This document shows positions 38,738 to 52,470 of a DNA stretch of 64,000 bases, one piece after another (position 1 is the first letter of the stretch; each line of letters begins with the position of its first letter). Below the pieces are notes generated by a model. It saw only the letters and a list, made by a program, of their open reading frames with translations, was not told where the DNA came from and ran no database searches. Location of the stretch: assembly GCF_001194135.2 (NCBI RefSeq), contig NC_068989.1:94440162-94504161 (forward strand). The letters run 5' to 3'. Source of the DNA: Octopus bimaculoides. Taxonomy: Eukaryota. The translations under genes were made by a program, and so were the position numbers.

Positions 38738-39179
38738 GTGAGTATTTTCTTTTATCGATGTGGCATCCAAATACTCTGGTTTCACGTGTTCATTTGAAAA
38801 GATGTGGACGCTATCAATATTGAAGTTTACGCTATTTTCCTTCCGTTTTGGTTCTGATAAGATCAGTTGAAATTTTGCAATGTCCTTGCTCCGAGTGATG
38901 TATTTGTGAGTCTTTAAGCGTGTAGATTACTTGTATATATATCTCGATATATCTCTGTTTGCTGTTTCATAAGTGAATATTGTGCAGTTTGAATATCTCA
39001 CAACTAGAAATATTGTAACCTCGTTTTGACATATATTTATGTTAACACATTTCACTGGATTTGAAAGTCCCTCATATTGTCAGCTAGAAACGGTCCATGC
39101 ATATCCGAGGCTTTATATATGTTTGTTCTGAGGTCAGCTTTAAATGTGATTGACGAAAAGATATGGAGAAAGTGTAGGT

Positions 39180-39325
39180 GAGGTGCAAGCGTGGTGGTGG
39201 TAAGAAGTTTACTTCCCAACTTCATATTCTTGGGTTCAGTTCCACTGTGTGTCTTGTATCATAGTTTCGGACTGACCAAACCTTTCTGAATGTATTTGGT
39301 AGACGGAAACTGACAGAAGCCCGTC

Positions 39326-39411
<86 letters not shown>

Positions 39412-39620
39412 GTATGTGTGTGTGTCTTTGTGTCTGTATTTGTTCCCCGTCACTAATTGACAACCGGTGATATTGTGTATATGTCCCCACAACTTAGTAG
39501 TTCTGCAAAAACCACCGATAGAATAAATACTCGTTCGTTTCGTTCGACTAAAATCGCTGAAGGCGGTGCCCCCGCAGGGGCCGCAGTCTAATGATTATAA
39601 CAAGTAAAAGAATAGAAGAC
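39180..39620 (+). mobile_element. Family 1 SINE, full length, with internal (TA)n
   Basis: gtaagaagtttacttcccaac...tggtagacggaaactgacagaagcccgtcg(ta)n...ttgacaaccgg...cgactaaaatcgctgaaggcggtgccccc. Confidence 0.92.
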
Positions 39621-40183
39621 TAAAAGAATGAGTCTACAGAAGTAAAAATAAGTGCATTGGAATATATGTCTATCGGAGCCTATCAGCATGATGCCATCTT
39701 ATGGACCTTGGTATGCATAAGGATACGTCAAAGGAGTAAGAGAATAAATTCCAGTGTACTCGATTCGAAAATTGAAAATTCTTGAAGTAAATATTTTGGT
39801 ACGAGTTTTCGTATTTTCTTTCATATTCGTCTCAGATCTAGGAAATAATTCTGGAATCTTTGTAACAATGGAAGTTATTTACTGATGCAATGTGAATGCA
39901 ATATTTTAGGTTGATAATGTGATATAAAAAGTATTGTTGCTGTTGTTGGAGTAGTTAATGCTACTAATTAATCTAAATACTATTGCACTGACTGCTTTAT
40001 GTTCTCAAATCGGACATGAACATTTGTATATCTGTGTGGCTTCTAAAGGACCTTTTCCATAAATCTCTGGAAATATTTTGCTGAATATATTACCGCCACA
40101 TCTGTATTGGATAACGACGTCACTTTAGTGTGTTCAACAACAATTGAATCCTTCTCAATAGATTTCATGCATATTAATAGATG

Positions 40184-40230
<47 letters not shown>

Positions 40231-40285
40231 AGAAAGTTGGTATGTGAAAGCACGTGGTTGGATGTATAAAAGATAATAAGAGTGA

Positions 40286-40517
40286 AAAAACTACAGAAGG
40301 TTTGTGTTACATGGTTAAAGTATGTATTTAAATTATGTCAGAAAAATGTTAGAGAAATGTTATAAAATCTTTTTGGTATATAAACATTGTATTTTGAGAA
40401 ATGTATCAAAATACAATGTTTATATACCAAAATGATTTTCTAAAATTTTTCTAACATTTTTCTGACATAATTTAAACATATACTTTAACCATGTAACACA
40501 AGCCTTCTGTAGTTTTT
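40286..40517. repeat. 232-bp near-perfect inverted repeat
   Basis: 112-bp arms (40286-40397 and 40406-40517) with 7 mismatches and no indels; 8-nt spacer GAAATGTA. Confidence 0.95.
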
Positions 40518-41161
40518 ATATTCNNNNNNNNNNNNNNNNNNNNNTATATATATGTATTGTTTGCAATTAATCACTGACAATCATACGTTTATAGACGTGT
40601 GTTTTTGTTTCTACATGTGTTTCTACATGTGTGGATGCTTGTACCCATATATATGTGTGTGCGTGTGTGTGTGCGTGTGTGTGTATGTAAACACACACCG
40701 ACATAAAAACACTCAGGCGTGCTCACTGACACTCTTATAAATGCAATATATCTCCAAATCCTAATTTATAATTTGCGTCGTCGTTCGATTACAAAAATCC
40801 GCAATGATCAAATAATTGAAAAATGTAAAAGGCGTGTTGTTGCACATTAGAACACACACACAGTTACATACACACATTAATAATGAAACATTCACAATTA
40901 ATCGATTCGTTCTTTTTTATTGATTTCCATATCAAGATCATTTTTTGGCATACCATTTATTTATACCACATTAATCGTCTCTAATGCTATCATTTCCGAT
41001 TTTGTAATTGCATGACAAAAGCAAAAGAAGCTCAGATACATGTTGCAATTTTGCTTTTGCTTTTAGTGATTCAGACCGTAATATATTGTGAATATTGCCA
41101 ATGATTTTTGTATAGAAGTTCGGTCTAAATTCCTCGTGGCAGTTGCATACCGAACATGATC

Positions 41162-41222
41162 AACTTTACCTTTACTTTTCGGTTGGTTGACAAAATAAGA
41201 AGCAGGCAGTGTGGACATACAT

Positions 41223-41268
<46 letters not shown>

Positions 41269-41365
41269 ACACACACACACACACAATCACACACACACAC
41301 ACATAGAAGGCAGTGTGCAAACTTTACCTTTTCTCTTCTGTTGGTTGACAAAATAAGCAGGCAGT
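41162..41365. repeat. ~48-bp direct repeats flanking a (CA)n tract
   Basis: aactttacc...gttggttgacaaaataag..gcaggcagt at 41162-41210 and 41320-41365. Confidence 0.85.
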
Positions 41366-43094
41366 TCCTATGAAGGATTTTATAGACTATTACCTGCTTC
41401 CATAATGTGAATACATTTAAATGATTTTAAACGAAAATGAATTATGTGTTGCCTGAACGTAGCACTGAACGTATTGGTAGACCTGTGGATTAATTAACTG
41501 CCAGTATATAACTGCGAACTATGACTCTACATACATTCTTAGTTCAGAACCAAAGAAGTCGAATTCTTACGTTATTACTGCGAGGCCTTCGTTAGCACAA
41601 CCATCACAAAAGTATTAAGGCTGGTTTATTCAATAATACACTCTTCTAAACGAGTGGTCTTGTCGTTCTCTTAGAATTTAATAATTTATACAGATCAATG
41701 ACGCATCCCGAATAGCAAAGTTGAATCTTTTGGTAAAGAAAAGATGTTTCTTTCCCTTTACTTGAAACGCTTTCCCTTGAATTAGACGAGTGATGTCCAT
41801 TTATGCATACGAGTAACACCACTTGACATCAACTCCTGAAATGCACGTCATTTATTCCATGGCCGCTCAGCCTACAAGAAGGAGTAAACCACTCGCAGAA
41901 ATATCGTTCTAATGGCTGCAGCACTAAAAAAGAAAATGCATACCTTATTTTGTTGTCATACTACTTTTTCTACATGGACTAAACTTTTTACATAAAAAAC
42001 AATGTCATTGATTGCCGAAGTGTAGTGTAAATACATTTATTTATACGAGACTGTAGGGTAAATACATTTACTTACCATTATATAAGTTGAAGACCTCTTG
42101 TATGAGAGTGGAATGGTAAATCTTTAATTAAATTCTAAAAACTATTTTGCATTGTTCGATGAGTTACTCGCTGTAAAGTATTGGGCTAAACGTCAGCCAG
42201 TTTTTTCTTAAATGATTGTAATTAGAACTGCAGAGCGCGATAAGTAAATAACATCATTTGTTTCTTTAAAATTAGCGGCAATATTCAATAGCTTAAATGA
42301 ACAAGTATCTTGTATATAACTGCGTTGATAGGTCAGCTAGGAAAAATAACCAAAGATCTAACAAATGAAACTCTGCTGTTCTAAAGAAAAAGTGGAAGCG
42401 TGAAGAGAGGGACATCTTTCACCATAGGTCTACATTATGAGACTCAGTTGCATAGATTGTGTACTGGAAGCCTTTTGTAAAGTCTCCTCAATTAATTATA
42501 ACTCTAAGGCTGGGAAGATGAAAGTTGCCTTTAATCATAAGTTTACTCTACCAATTACAACTATGAGCAGCCAGCTAGAAATTGCACTCAAACATATGTT
42601 CATTTTCACCATACTGTCTTTAAGAGAAAGGGATGTCTTATTAGCTTATGTAATGCCTTCTGGTAACTTAAGCTTATATGAATCAAAGTTTCCATAATTG
42701 TGAGGGATATTTGTATATAAAATTGACAACATGAATGAAAACAATAATTTTATGCCATTGTTTTACGTGATTAATTGTTTTTAATTAATCGCGAGTAAGC
42801 GTTTATACATAATTTAAATGGAGTTACAATAGTTTGTCCGCAAAATTACTTAAGATGTGAGTTTCACACTCAGGACCTCCTATTGTCGCTCATAGCTTAT
42901 TTTTGTGTATTTTGTGTAGGCCATAAAATTGCAGGTTTTGAATCTGAGGTAGTTTACATAATCAAATTAGATGTCAAACACGGGAGAGGGTGAGTGAGAG
43001 GAGAGGAGAGAGCGGAGAGCAGAAGGAAAGAGAGAGAGGAAGCAGAAGGAAAGAGAGAGCGGGGATAGAAAGAGAGAAAGAGACTAGAACTTAC

Positions 43095-43171
43095 TGAAAA
43101 GCCAAATTTATGCAAGCGTTTTGCTGTTTCTGAATCGTTCAGCTTCGAGTAATTTCTTGAGGGAATTTCAC
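43095..43171 (-). other. Candidate 77-nt coding exon (phase 1 to 0: (G)EIPSRNYSKLNDSETAKRLHKFGFS)
   Basis: Minus acceptor aattgcAG (A-rich tract, weak) and donor CA|GTAAGT; only one of three frames is open. Confidence 0.25.
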
Positions 43172-45039
43172 CTGCAATTTGTTGTATTAATTTATTTTTA
43201 AAATGTGTATTTTAACGAATACTTCAATAATACCTAAGCAACATTTCTGTTCAAACCTGAAACTTAATAATTTGTTTATTAGCATCATTCATTAACACAT
43301 GAACACTTCGAATTAACAATTTTAAGGTGACATAATGAACAGAGTATTCATAAAAATCATTATGTTCATATATTTTCTACAAAACAAGGTTGAAGGGATG
43401 GGGGGTTTCGGAATATCATTAATGATTCGAAAAGAAGGAGACAAATATATGCATATCAAAATTCAATAACGGTACATAATTCTAAGCGAAATATATTCAT
43501 TAGAGATTCTGCATATAAATACATTGAAATCGTTGGGGAATAATAGGTATCGAAAATGATGCATAAATTAAGTAAAAGCTTTGGAAAATGGCAAGAAATA
43601 ATCCGATAATATAGATCTCCGGCTCACTGGAATAAATAAATGATGAGTATTGAAAATATACAGAGAATGTGTAGTTGGTGGCCTAAAAAATAGGGAAAGA
43701 ATGTTTAAATAATAATTAGAAAACGTTAGAAGAAAACTGAAAAAAATAGAGGAAAATATCTAATTTTAAATTATATTTTTGCTACAAAATGTCAGTTTAT
43801 AGCGAAGGAAGTATGGAAAGGTGGAAAGTAAATAGTACAACTCATCAAATTTCGAAAGTTTCCGTCATTAATACAGAAGGTAGACTAATGTTTAAGGATG
43901 ATGCGCCGAAGATCATTTGGTGATTTGTTTGATTTGCAGACGCGTTGTTCTTTATACAAGGCACACCATGTTAGGTTTCTCCAGTGAAATATTAGCACGA
44001 ATTGGAGCTTCGTTAAAACTGAGAAGGCCAAGCATTCTTTTTAGCGGGGTTCCTACATTAGGCACCTCGGAAACCGGGATAACGTCCTCCAAAATGAAAC
44101 TGTAGGTTCAAGGCTAGAAAAATATTCTTGAAACATTCAGACATATTCTGTATGGCTGGTGTAGCCGTTTGAAATCACATTTTTTTCACTACTAGTGCCA
44201 GTGGAACAGTAATGTATGTGATATACTTTTTAAAAGGAAGGTTGTAGGTAATTCTCTGCTGTAACGAGTTGTTTTGAGTCCGGTCACACTGTGCGTCACA
44301 TTGGACATCACTCTACTTCCAGGTGGAATTCGGCTAGTGGAACTTGCGCCTAAGTTCGCCTTATAGTGGTATATGTGTATATATGTATTTAACACAATGC
44401 CGCTGGTTAAAATGAAATGATGTCCAAAAGATCAATGCGTAACATAGTCATTAACAAATAACTATTATGAAAATAAGTCCTTGGCTAAAAGCAATGCAGG
44501 AGTTAATAACGTCAACAACCTCTTGAAAATGGTGCCATGGTGTGTCTAAGCTGAAGAAATGCTCGCTGGCAGTGGGAACAACTTTGGCATGTAGATAGTA
44601 CTTATCAAACCTTGAAAAAAGCAGAATTTATGCCACTAATAGATTTCTATTCAGGAAGTACCATACCAACTCTCCATATTCACTGTAATTGTCTTGGATA
44701 TACACTTCGTGAAATATTTATAGTCCAACGAAGCAAATCCAGAATTTCACGCATTGAATGAACTGCAGTGGAATTACTTACGCTAATTAATCCTAGGTGC
44801 TCCTTAAAACCAAATGCAGTTAATCTGAATTCGGATTATAACCGAGTGCTCGTACTCGCCGAAATAATAAGCATTATCGACCACACATACATAACGTGTA
44901 CGGCTCGTATATTTGTGTACACCACTTTCAGAAGTTTAAAAATCCTGCACTTTGAGAGAGAATTCTTCAGCTCGCTATTCCATCCCAGCGAAAAATACGC
45001 AGTACGTGCACGTATGTGTGCTTGATAACACACACACAC

Positions 45040-45222
45040 ATACACACACACGCACACACACACACACATACACACACACACACAAACACACACGCACATC
45101 TGTTATGTGCAGTGTGTGTCTTTATAAAACACACACTCGAAGGCCACGCATACACATAGAAATATACCCATATATACAAAAGAAAGATTGACAGACAACT
45201 AGATAGATAGATAGATAGATAG

Positions 45223-45253
<31 letters not shown>

Positions 45254-45330
45254 CACACACACATACATACATACTTACATACATACATACATACATACAT
45301 GCATACATGCATACATATATACATAAACGT
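45040..45330. repeat. (CA)n/(GATA)n/(CATA)n microsatellite block
   Basis: Directly visible. Confidence 0.9.
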
Positions 45331-46472
45331 GAAAGTGTGTTATTTCGTTCGTTGTTTAAAGAAATACACACACAAATGGTATTATATCATTTTATGACAC
45401 TCTGTGGATACATATGATTTTGTTTTATCCTACAGTAAATCAACGTATTTTAGCCATTATAATGGTTTTGTGTCTTGGGCTGTCTGCAATAAACACTCGG
45501 AATTTGCATTAGTACACGAAATCTGTAAATTTAGCTGACACGGCTTTTATTCAATTATATACTTGTGTTCTTCTAGTTTTCCTTTCGTAAGTCAAGTCAA
45601 CAAAAGCAATCTTTTCTTCTCGCTTTTGCAGACAAGGTACTGTATAAGTCAATTTCTCGTAGATTTCGACTGTTAACTCAGTTGTTTGAAAAGTAAATGT
45701 GTCCATATTTAAAGCTAGTTCTAGAAATATAGCAAACTGGAAGTGACATTGAATGAAGGAAGAGTAAAATGTTACTCAAAATCCTTTTCCTAACATATTC
45801 CTTTCTTATTAAATACAATTATAACCGTACGTTATCGTTAGATAGAAACAAATTTCAGTTTCTTTTAAAATCCATTAGAGACAAATATCCCGAGGAATTA
45901 CATGCAAGAATATTTAAACACACACAAACATATACAAACACAGACACACTCTCACACACACACGCATATATATNNNNNNNNNNNNNNNNNNNNNNNNNNN
46001 NNNNNNNNNNNNNNNNNNNNNNNNNNNNNNNNNNNNNNNNNNNNNNNNNNNNNNNNNNNNNNNNNNNNNNNNNNNNNNNNNNNNNNNNNNNNNNNNNNNN
46101 NNNNNNNNNNNNNNNNNNNNNNNNNNNNNNNNNNNNNNNNNNNNNNNNNNNNNNNNNNNNNNNNNNNNNNNNNNNNNNNNNNNNNNNNNNNNNNNNNNNN
46201 NNNNNNNNNNNNNNNNNNNNNNNNNNNNNNNNNNNNNNNNNNNNNNNNNNNNNNNNNNNNNNNNNNNNNNNNNNNNNNNNNNNNNNNNNNNNNNNNNNNN
46301 NNNNNNNNNNNNNNNNNNNNNNNNNNNNNNNNNNNNNNNNNNNNNNNNNNNNNNNNNNNNNNNNNNNNNNNNNNNNNNNNNNNNNNNNNNNNNNNNNNNN
46401 NNNNNNNNNNNNNNNNNNNNNNNNNNNNNNNNNNNNNNNNNNNNNNNNNNNNNNNNNNNNNNNNNNNNNNNN

Positions 46473-46520
<48 letters not shown>

Positions 46521-47198
46521 TGTCTGTGTTTGTGTGTGTGTGTGTGTGAGTGTGTAGGGAGCGGTCTGTTTGTGTTTATCTGTAAGTAATAACTCAACTA
46601 ACTCAGTGGAAACCGATCTGAAAATTGTCTTTGCAATCAATCACAACGATTGTGCCCATTCAAAAGATTGTGCCCATTCGTAAGGCTCAGATGACAAGAG
46701 GAATTTTCAGCATGAGAGAGGGTCCGATTAGAGGGAGAAACTCAGAGAGAGGTGGGTGGGGGTAAATATTTAAGCACACATGACTAGAACAACCTAGATC
46801 ATAAGTGTGTTGTATTACTTTTACACTGAGTTTAATGACTGTCTACTGCCAAATCTTCCTCAAATCGTCTTCAAATGAATCACTGAGGATAATGGGTCAC
46901 GAAAGTGGACAAGATAAGGACTGGAACACATTTTGCAGTGGGCCTACTTCAAACAGCTGATATATTGTTAATAACAATGGATTATTCTCAAAGTGTCTAT
47001 TCCTTTCAGAACTAGTTTCTCTTCATAGTTTCACATCATAGTTTTCTAATATTCGCTTATAATATAAGACGTTTGATTATAACTAAATAAAATTCACATA
47101 TTTTACACTAGACACCAGACTTAGAGAAATGTTTTAAACTAGACTTAGGTTTTTGAAGTTGACTTTTTTATTTGCACACTATATTACTCGTTCTCTGG

Positions 47199-47254
47199 GA
47201 AATCTATCATCATACAGGAAATCTATCATCATTCTCGAAGAAATCTATCATCAT
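47199..47254. repeat. Three copies of GAAATCTATCATCAT
   Basis: Exact 15-mers at 47199, 47218 and 47240. Confidence 0.9.
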
Positions 47255-47459
47255 ACATATTGCACATCTTTCTTGATGATTCCTACATTTTACGAGTATC
47301 TAGCAATATATTTTTAATTCTCCTTTTAAGAAAACATGCTTTGATCTGAAGGTCATTTTTCTCTTACTTCCGTCAGTCTGAGCATGAATCAGTCTCTTAG
47401 ATACATAAACTTGCCTTATGAATTATATGTTGATTACAATATACGTTCAATCTTGGGGA

Positions 47460-47612
47460 AATGCGTGGCTTAGTGGCAAAAGTGCTGCACTGACGATCGT
47501 AAGATTGTATTTTCAATATCTGGACTGGGTGATGCGTGCTGTTCTTTTCACGTTGTCCCGGTCCACTGAACTGAGTTATCCTGCGACAAACTTGTGCTTC
47601 ATCCAATGGGGG
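47460..47612 (+). mobile_element. Degenerate, internally deleted CORE-type SINE
   Basis: gcgtggcttagtggc...acgatcgtaagattg...ttttcacgttgtcccggtccactgaactgag. Confidence 0.65.
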
Positions 47613-47613
47613 T

Positions 47614-47655
<42 letters not shown>

Positions 47656-47841
47656 CAGAATCCGGCAAATTGCTGTTATGAACCTATAGTCCGGAAGGAC
47701 ATTTGATACTTCTTTTATCTTTTTATATGCTGGCAAAACTCTGTGAAGAACACACTTCAATAAAAATAGTTATAGACGGTTGGTCAATTCTTTCCATTTT
47801 AGTATTATCCAATTTAATGTATCAATAACACTTGTAAATGT

Positions 47842-48049
47842 AGCTGGCAGAATAGTTAGCAAGCCAGGCAAAATGCTTAGCAGCATTTCGACCGTCTGTA
47901 TGTCTTTTGGAGTCACATTTTACTGAGTTTGACTTTGCAGTTCATCTTTGGTAGTCGATAAAATAAGTACCACTAGAGCACTTGCTTTGGTGCAATGGAC
48001 TTTGCCCCATCCTTAAAATTGTTGGCCTTGTGTCAAAATTTGAAACCAA
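47842..48049 (+). mobile_element. Family 2 SINE
   Basis: tggcagaatagttagcaagccaggcaaaatgcttagc...gactttgc...gtcgataaaataagtacca...ggccttgtgtcaaaatttgaaacc. Confidence 0.85.
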
Positions 48050-49187
48050 ATATTCCTCATACGATAACCATAGCAACAAAATAAATCCATGCTCTGAGAA
48101 ACAAGGTCGGCTTTCGTTTCCATTTGTATCTCTTTCCTCCATTCGTGCCTGAAACGTAATTCTTACAAGCATTACCCACACGCATATTTATTTGATTTCG
48201 GTCATTTACTTGGTATTGAGACTCATGTTTTTATTTTATTTTATGAAGGATTTCTTAGAATGATAACGTACTTTTTAAAGAAAATAGCAGGAAAATAAGA
48301 CGTTTAGATATTGATACTGTCAGAATTTCATTGTGTCATGTTGTGTAAACATTCTATTTAATCGATTTCGCAGCAACTTGTTATTTTTATTGTTTAATGT
48401 AGCATGTATAAACTCCCATATTATCTTTATCGCTTATTAATTATTCTATGCTTCGTCACATCTTTGTTTCCTAGCCATTAAATGATATTTTACTCTGCAT
48501 TGGTTTTTACAACGCTTCCGCTAACATTTCTTGCTTGACTTGGTTTATTTACTTCTGAACTTGATATGTCACTTAGCAATTTTACAGCCACTTTATGTTG
48601 GAACTCGTGTTAGTTTTATAAGTGTTGCACTTTGTAAGATATTTACACTAAAACCTTTATGTATTTTAGAATTTTTCATACAAGTGGTTAGTGCTAAACT
48701 CTCAGAGAACAGTGTGTACGTCAAGTTGTCGCTTTTGATTTCTCGCAGTCATTTCACCAACATCGTTTAATTACCGCCCTTTAAAAGAAATGCACACCAC
48801 TGTACGTAAATACGACTCAGTTCATATGTAACCTAAGACTTTTGGTTATTAGTATGTTTGACTATTAAATATTGACTCCGTATAATAACATTAGGTACCA
48901 TTCTTAAGAATCACGATGTGTCGCATGATTTTTTTCTTTTACCTACGTTGCACTAAAGAGAACCATTTCTTTTTAAAGCTTACTGAACTGCTTTTGGTAA
49001 CAAACAACAGTTCTATATTCCAACACTGTCATGTAGTATATAATAAAACATATATTATATAAACATATATAAACAGAAATTTAACTAATTGTAAAAGATA
49101 AAGAATATTTTTAGTAACATAATATAACTGAATCGATTTCAAATGAACATATCAATTCTAAGTCATGTAGTCATGCGTACACAAATC

Positions 49188-49237
<50 letters not shown>

Positions 49238-51294
49238 TACACTGTACATATATATCTCTATATAAACATATATATATACATATTGTGTGTGTGAGTGCGC
49301 CAGTGTGTGTCAATGTGCGTGTATATGAGTTTGCGTACGTATGCGTGTCTGTGTGTGTCTATGTGGATATGTATGTGTGTGTGTGCGTGTAAAACTCTTT
49401 TTATTTTTTAGTTTCTTCCTCTACTCAGAGATGTTCTTTGAATTACCCAAGCAATTAGTTTTCATAAGTATTATAACGAATATAATTTCTCGGACATAAT
49501 TTTAATTATGAAAAATATTGAATTTAGTTATTCTACTTACAAATATTATAGTAGTCATTCTTTTCCTATCGTAAGTGCAAACACGTTGTTCGGGCGAGAT
49601 ATATTTTATATATATATATACAGAATAGTAAAATGTATCAAATTCAAAATTTATTAAGTAGAGGCAAGAATTGAAAGATATACATTTCTGTTATGAAGAT
49701 TAACGTATTTATAACTTCCATTCACAGATAATCTGTTTTTAGGATATCTGGAAGAGAATTACTCACATCGGCATGAACGCTTTTAGAATTTATATATAAA
49801 TAATGGAATTTATGGAACCGAGCAATCTCTGATCAACCAATAAAAGTTGTTTAAACTGAAGAAAAATAGTTTTATTACGAGAATTAGTAACAATCAAAAA
49901 CCATTTGGATATTACGTCAAGCTAGAACATTGAGCTGTGTTACAATATATCCGTGGCGGACCTTCTTCAAATTTAATAAAATGTTATTATTACATTTTCT
50001 ATCTAATTCTTACATGGCTTCTTACGTAAGAATAACTGTCTATATGATACACTAACTGCGGATATCCTATGCAACGTATTTTAAACATATTTACTATTTC
50101 AGAAATTTAATTATAATCGTTTATAAAACGATTTAAAATGCGACTTCGTAGAGCTTGTCAGTGTATATAGTTTGTGACGTATGTAATGAACTTGATATAT
50201 CATGCAGTGAAATATCTGTAAAGTTAATTTGTTGATTGAAAAATCATTGAAGTATATTAATTGCCTGATATGTATTTCAAAAAGAAAGATGATTAAACTT
50301 AGCTCTATAATTCGTAATGCTGTATACAGAACTGGTAACTAAAAACAAAACATGGTTCTTAACCGAAGTAGCAGCTCCACCTTAGGAGATTTTTGGACTC
50401 AAAATGGAGCAGCGAATTACAAGGGATGTTCGGAGGAGCGCTAGAATTTTAGAGGGAAGCGTCGTTATTTTTCTTTCGAATAAAAATATTTAAACCAAGT
50501 AGATTTCATGTCTTTTCTAAAAGTTTTCGTTACGGATTAGAATGAGTCGATCATTGCGTCGTCAATGTACACATATATGACTGATAATCCATCGAGGACA
50601 AATATAACTTCAACACTCAAGCTCCCGCCTTCTTCACTACTAATCATGAACATTTATCAAAGGAGATATAACTGTATGCGAATATAGAAAATTGGGAAAA
50701 TGCCAAGTAGAAAGTATAAGGAAATATCTCCAATAGGCCACAGCACAAATTCACCTACTGTTTAATCAAAATTATCTGCTGTTTTATGATTACTATTATT
50801 ATTATTTCTTGCCAAACATTAGACGGAGATTTTGCAAGGTCTCGTCGGGTAAAGGAGGAAATTTGGTTACAGAAAGCTCGAGAACAATTCTATTAAATAA
50901 TGTTTTAAAAGTATGTCAAATTCTGTTCAATGACATGCATGTCAAAATATACCTGCAGTTAGTATGCGGTGAATATTTGTTGTATTAAAGAAACTAATAT
51001 CAAAACTTATAAACTTATATTTCCACAAAAAGGAATACATTAAATTCAATAAATATGTTAAGAGAGTTTGTTATATTGAAATATATTGTAAAATAAATAA
51101 AGCTGTGCAATGTGTCTTCCGGAAATATCAAATGAGAATTAATTGTTAAGCATTCCACGGTAACACAGCAGGAGAGAAACAAATAAAATATTTTCTGTAG
51201 CTTCAATTACTTTTCCTTAGCATAGAGAAAGCGACTTGGAGCAATTAAAACTATAGCTTCATACAGTAATTATAATGATAATGGTAACGACGAC

Positions 51295-51327
<33 letters not shown>

Positions 51328-52184
51328 ATAGGTAATTAATAAACACATAACACTTGGTTCGGAAGGAGTTGAAGTTTAATTATTGCCATTAAATTCCGTA
51401 GAAATTTTCTCAAATTGAAAACGTCGACATAAAACTAGAATAGTAAAAGAAATTTGTACAATAAATATTTTAGTTACTGGAGAAGATTTAGATTTCGGAA
51501 GTGATAACGGTTAAAATTTAAAATTATCTACTTCAGTATTTCGCTGCCATTCGTTACGACGTCGCTCACCTTGAATGAAACGATTGAAAATACTGATAAT
51601 GTCACTTGCTTATTGCACATTGCTGTTGGTCTCAATAAACTGAACAGCTTCGTTCTTCTTTGTCATTTATAATTAACTTCATTAAAACTGTAAACTTTTC
51701 CGCTTTGTGGCGTTGCGTGTAAATTATACTCTTCATTATTCATTATGCAGTATGATAAAAACGAGGCGATAGTTAACAATAGTATCTTTTATTTGATCAA
51801 TGCATGATACATCTATTGTAACAGAACACAAAATAAAACACTAATATTATTGTCGTTTCAGGTATTAAACATCGTCCTTATATAAAACAATAAGAAGCTT
51901 TTCAGACTTTTATTGTGTGCAGTAAGAATATTCAGAATTTTCCCTTACAAATAGCCAATGTTAGATTTGCTAAAATTAGAAACACGCCATAAAATATAAG
52001 TATCGTAAATGATATTTATTTTAAATTTATGTAAATTTATCATTTAGCCCATTTATTAAAGCCCGTAATCATTTACAACGCCGTGAACTTTCGAATGGGA
52101 TGCTAGAATTCAACATGCTATAATTAAATGCTAATTTTCAAAAGAGTTTAGACAAAAGAGTTTTTAGAGAAAATTAGCAATAGT

Positions 52185-52378
52185 TTAAAATTTTGGTATA
52201 ATGCCAGCAATTTCGGAGATGTGGTAATATTATTACCTCAAACCCTGTGCTCAACTGGTACTATTTTATCGAACCTGATAGGGTGAAACGCAAAGTCGAC
52301 TTCGGCAGAATTGAACGTGAAGACGGATGGAATGCCGCTAAGCACTCTACCCGGTGTGCTAGCGATTGTAACAGCCTT
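52185..52378 (-). mobile_element. Family 2 SINE
   Basis: ctcaactggtactattttatcgaacc...caaagtcgacttcggcagaattgaac...gccgctaagcactctacccggtgtgctagcgatt. Confidence 0.85.
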
Positions 52379-52420
52379 GAGATGAAGAATTAATGTTGCA
52401 ATAAACATCTCTCTCTTTAG

Positions 52421-52470
52421 CATGGAATATATTGAAATGCTGGAACCAGGACCAATATTAATTTAGAGAG
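52421..52470 (+). other. Candidate 50-nt non-coding exon
   Basis: Strong acceptor catctctctctttAG and consensus donor GAG|GTAAGT; stops in all three frames. Confidence 0.45.

Noticed and set aside
45631-45691. Plus-strand exon after a strong acceptor (DKVLYKSISRRFRLLTQLFE)
   Set aside because: The donors are weak (AA|GTAAAT; AAG|GTACTG would give a 5-nt exon) and there is no other support.
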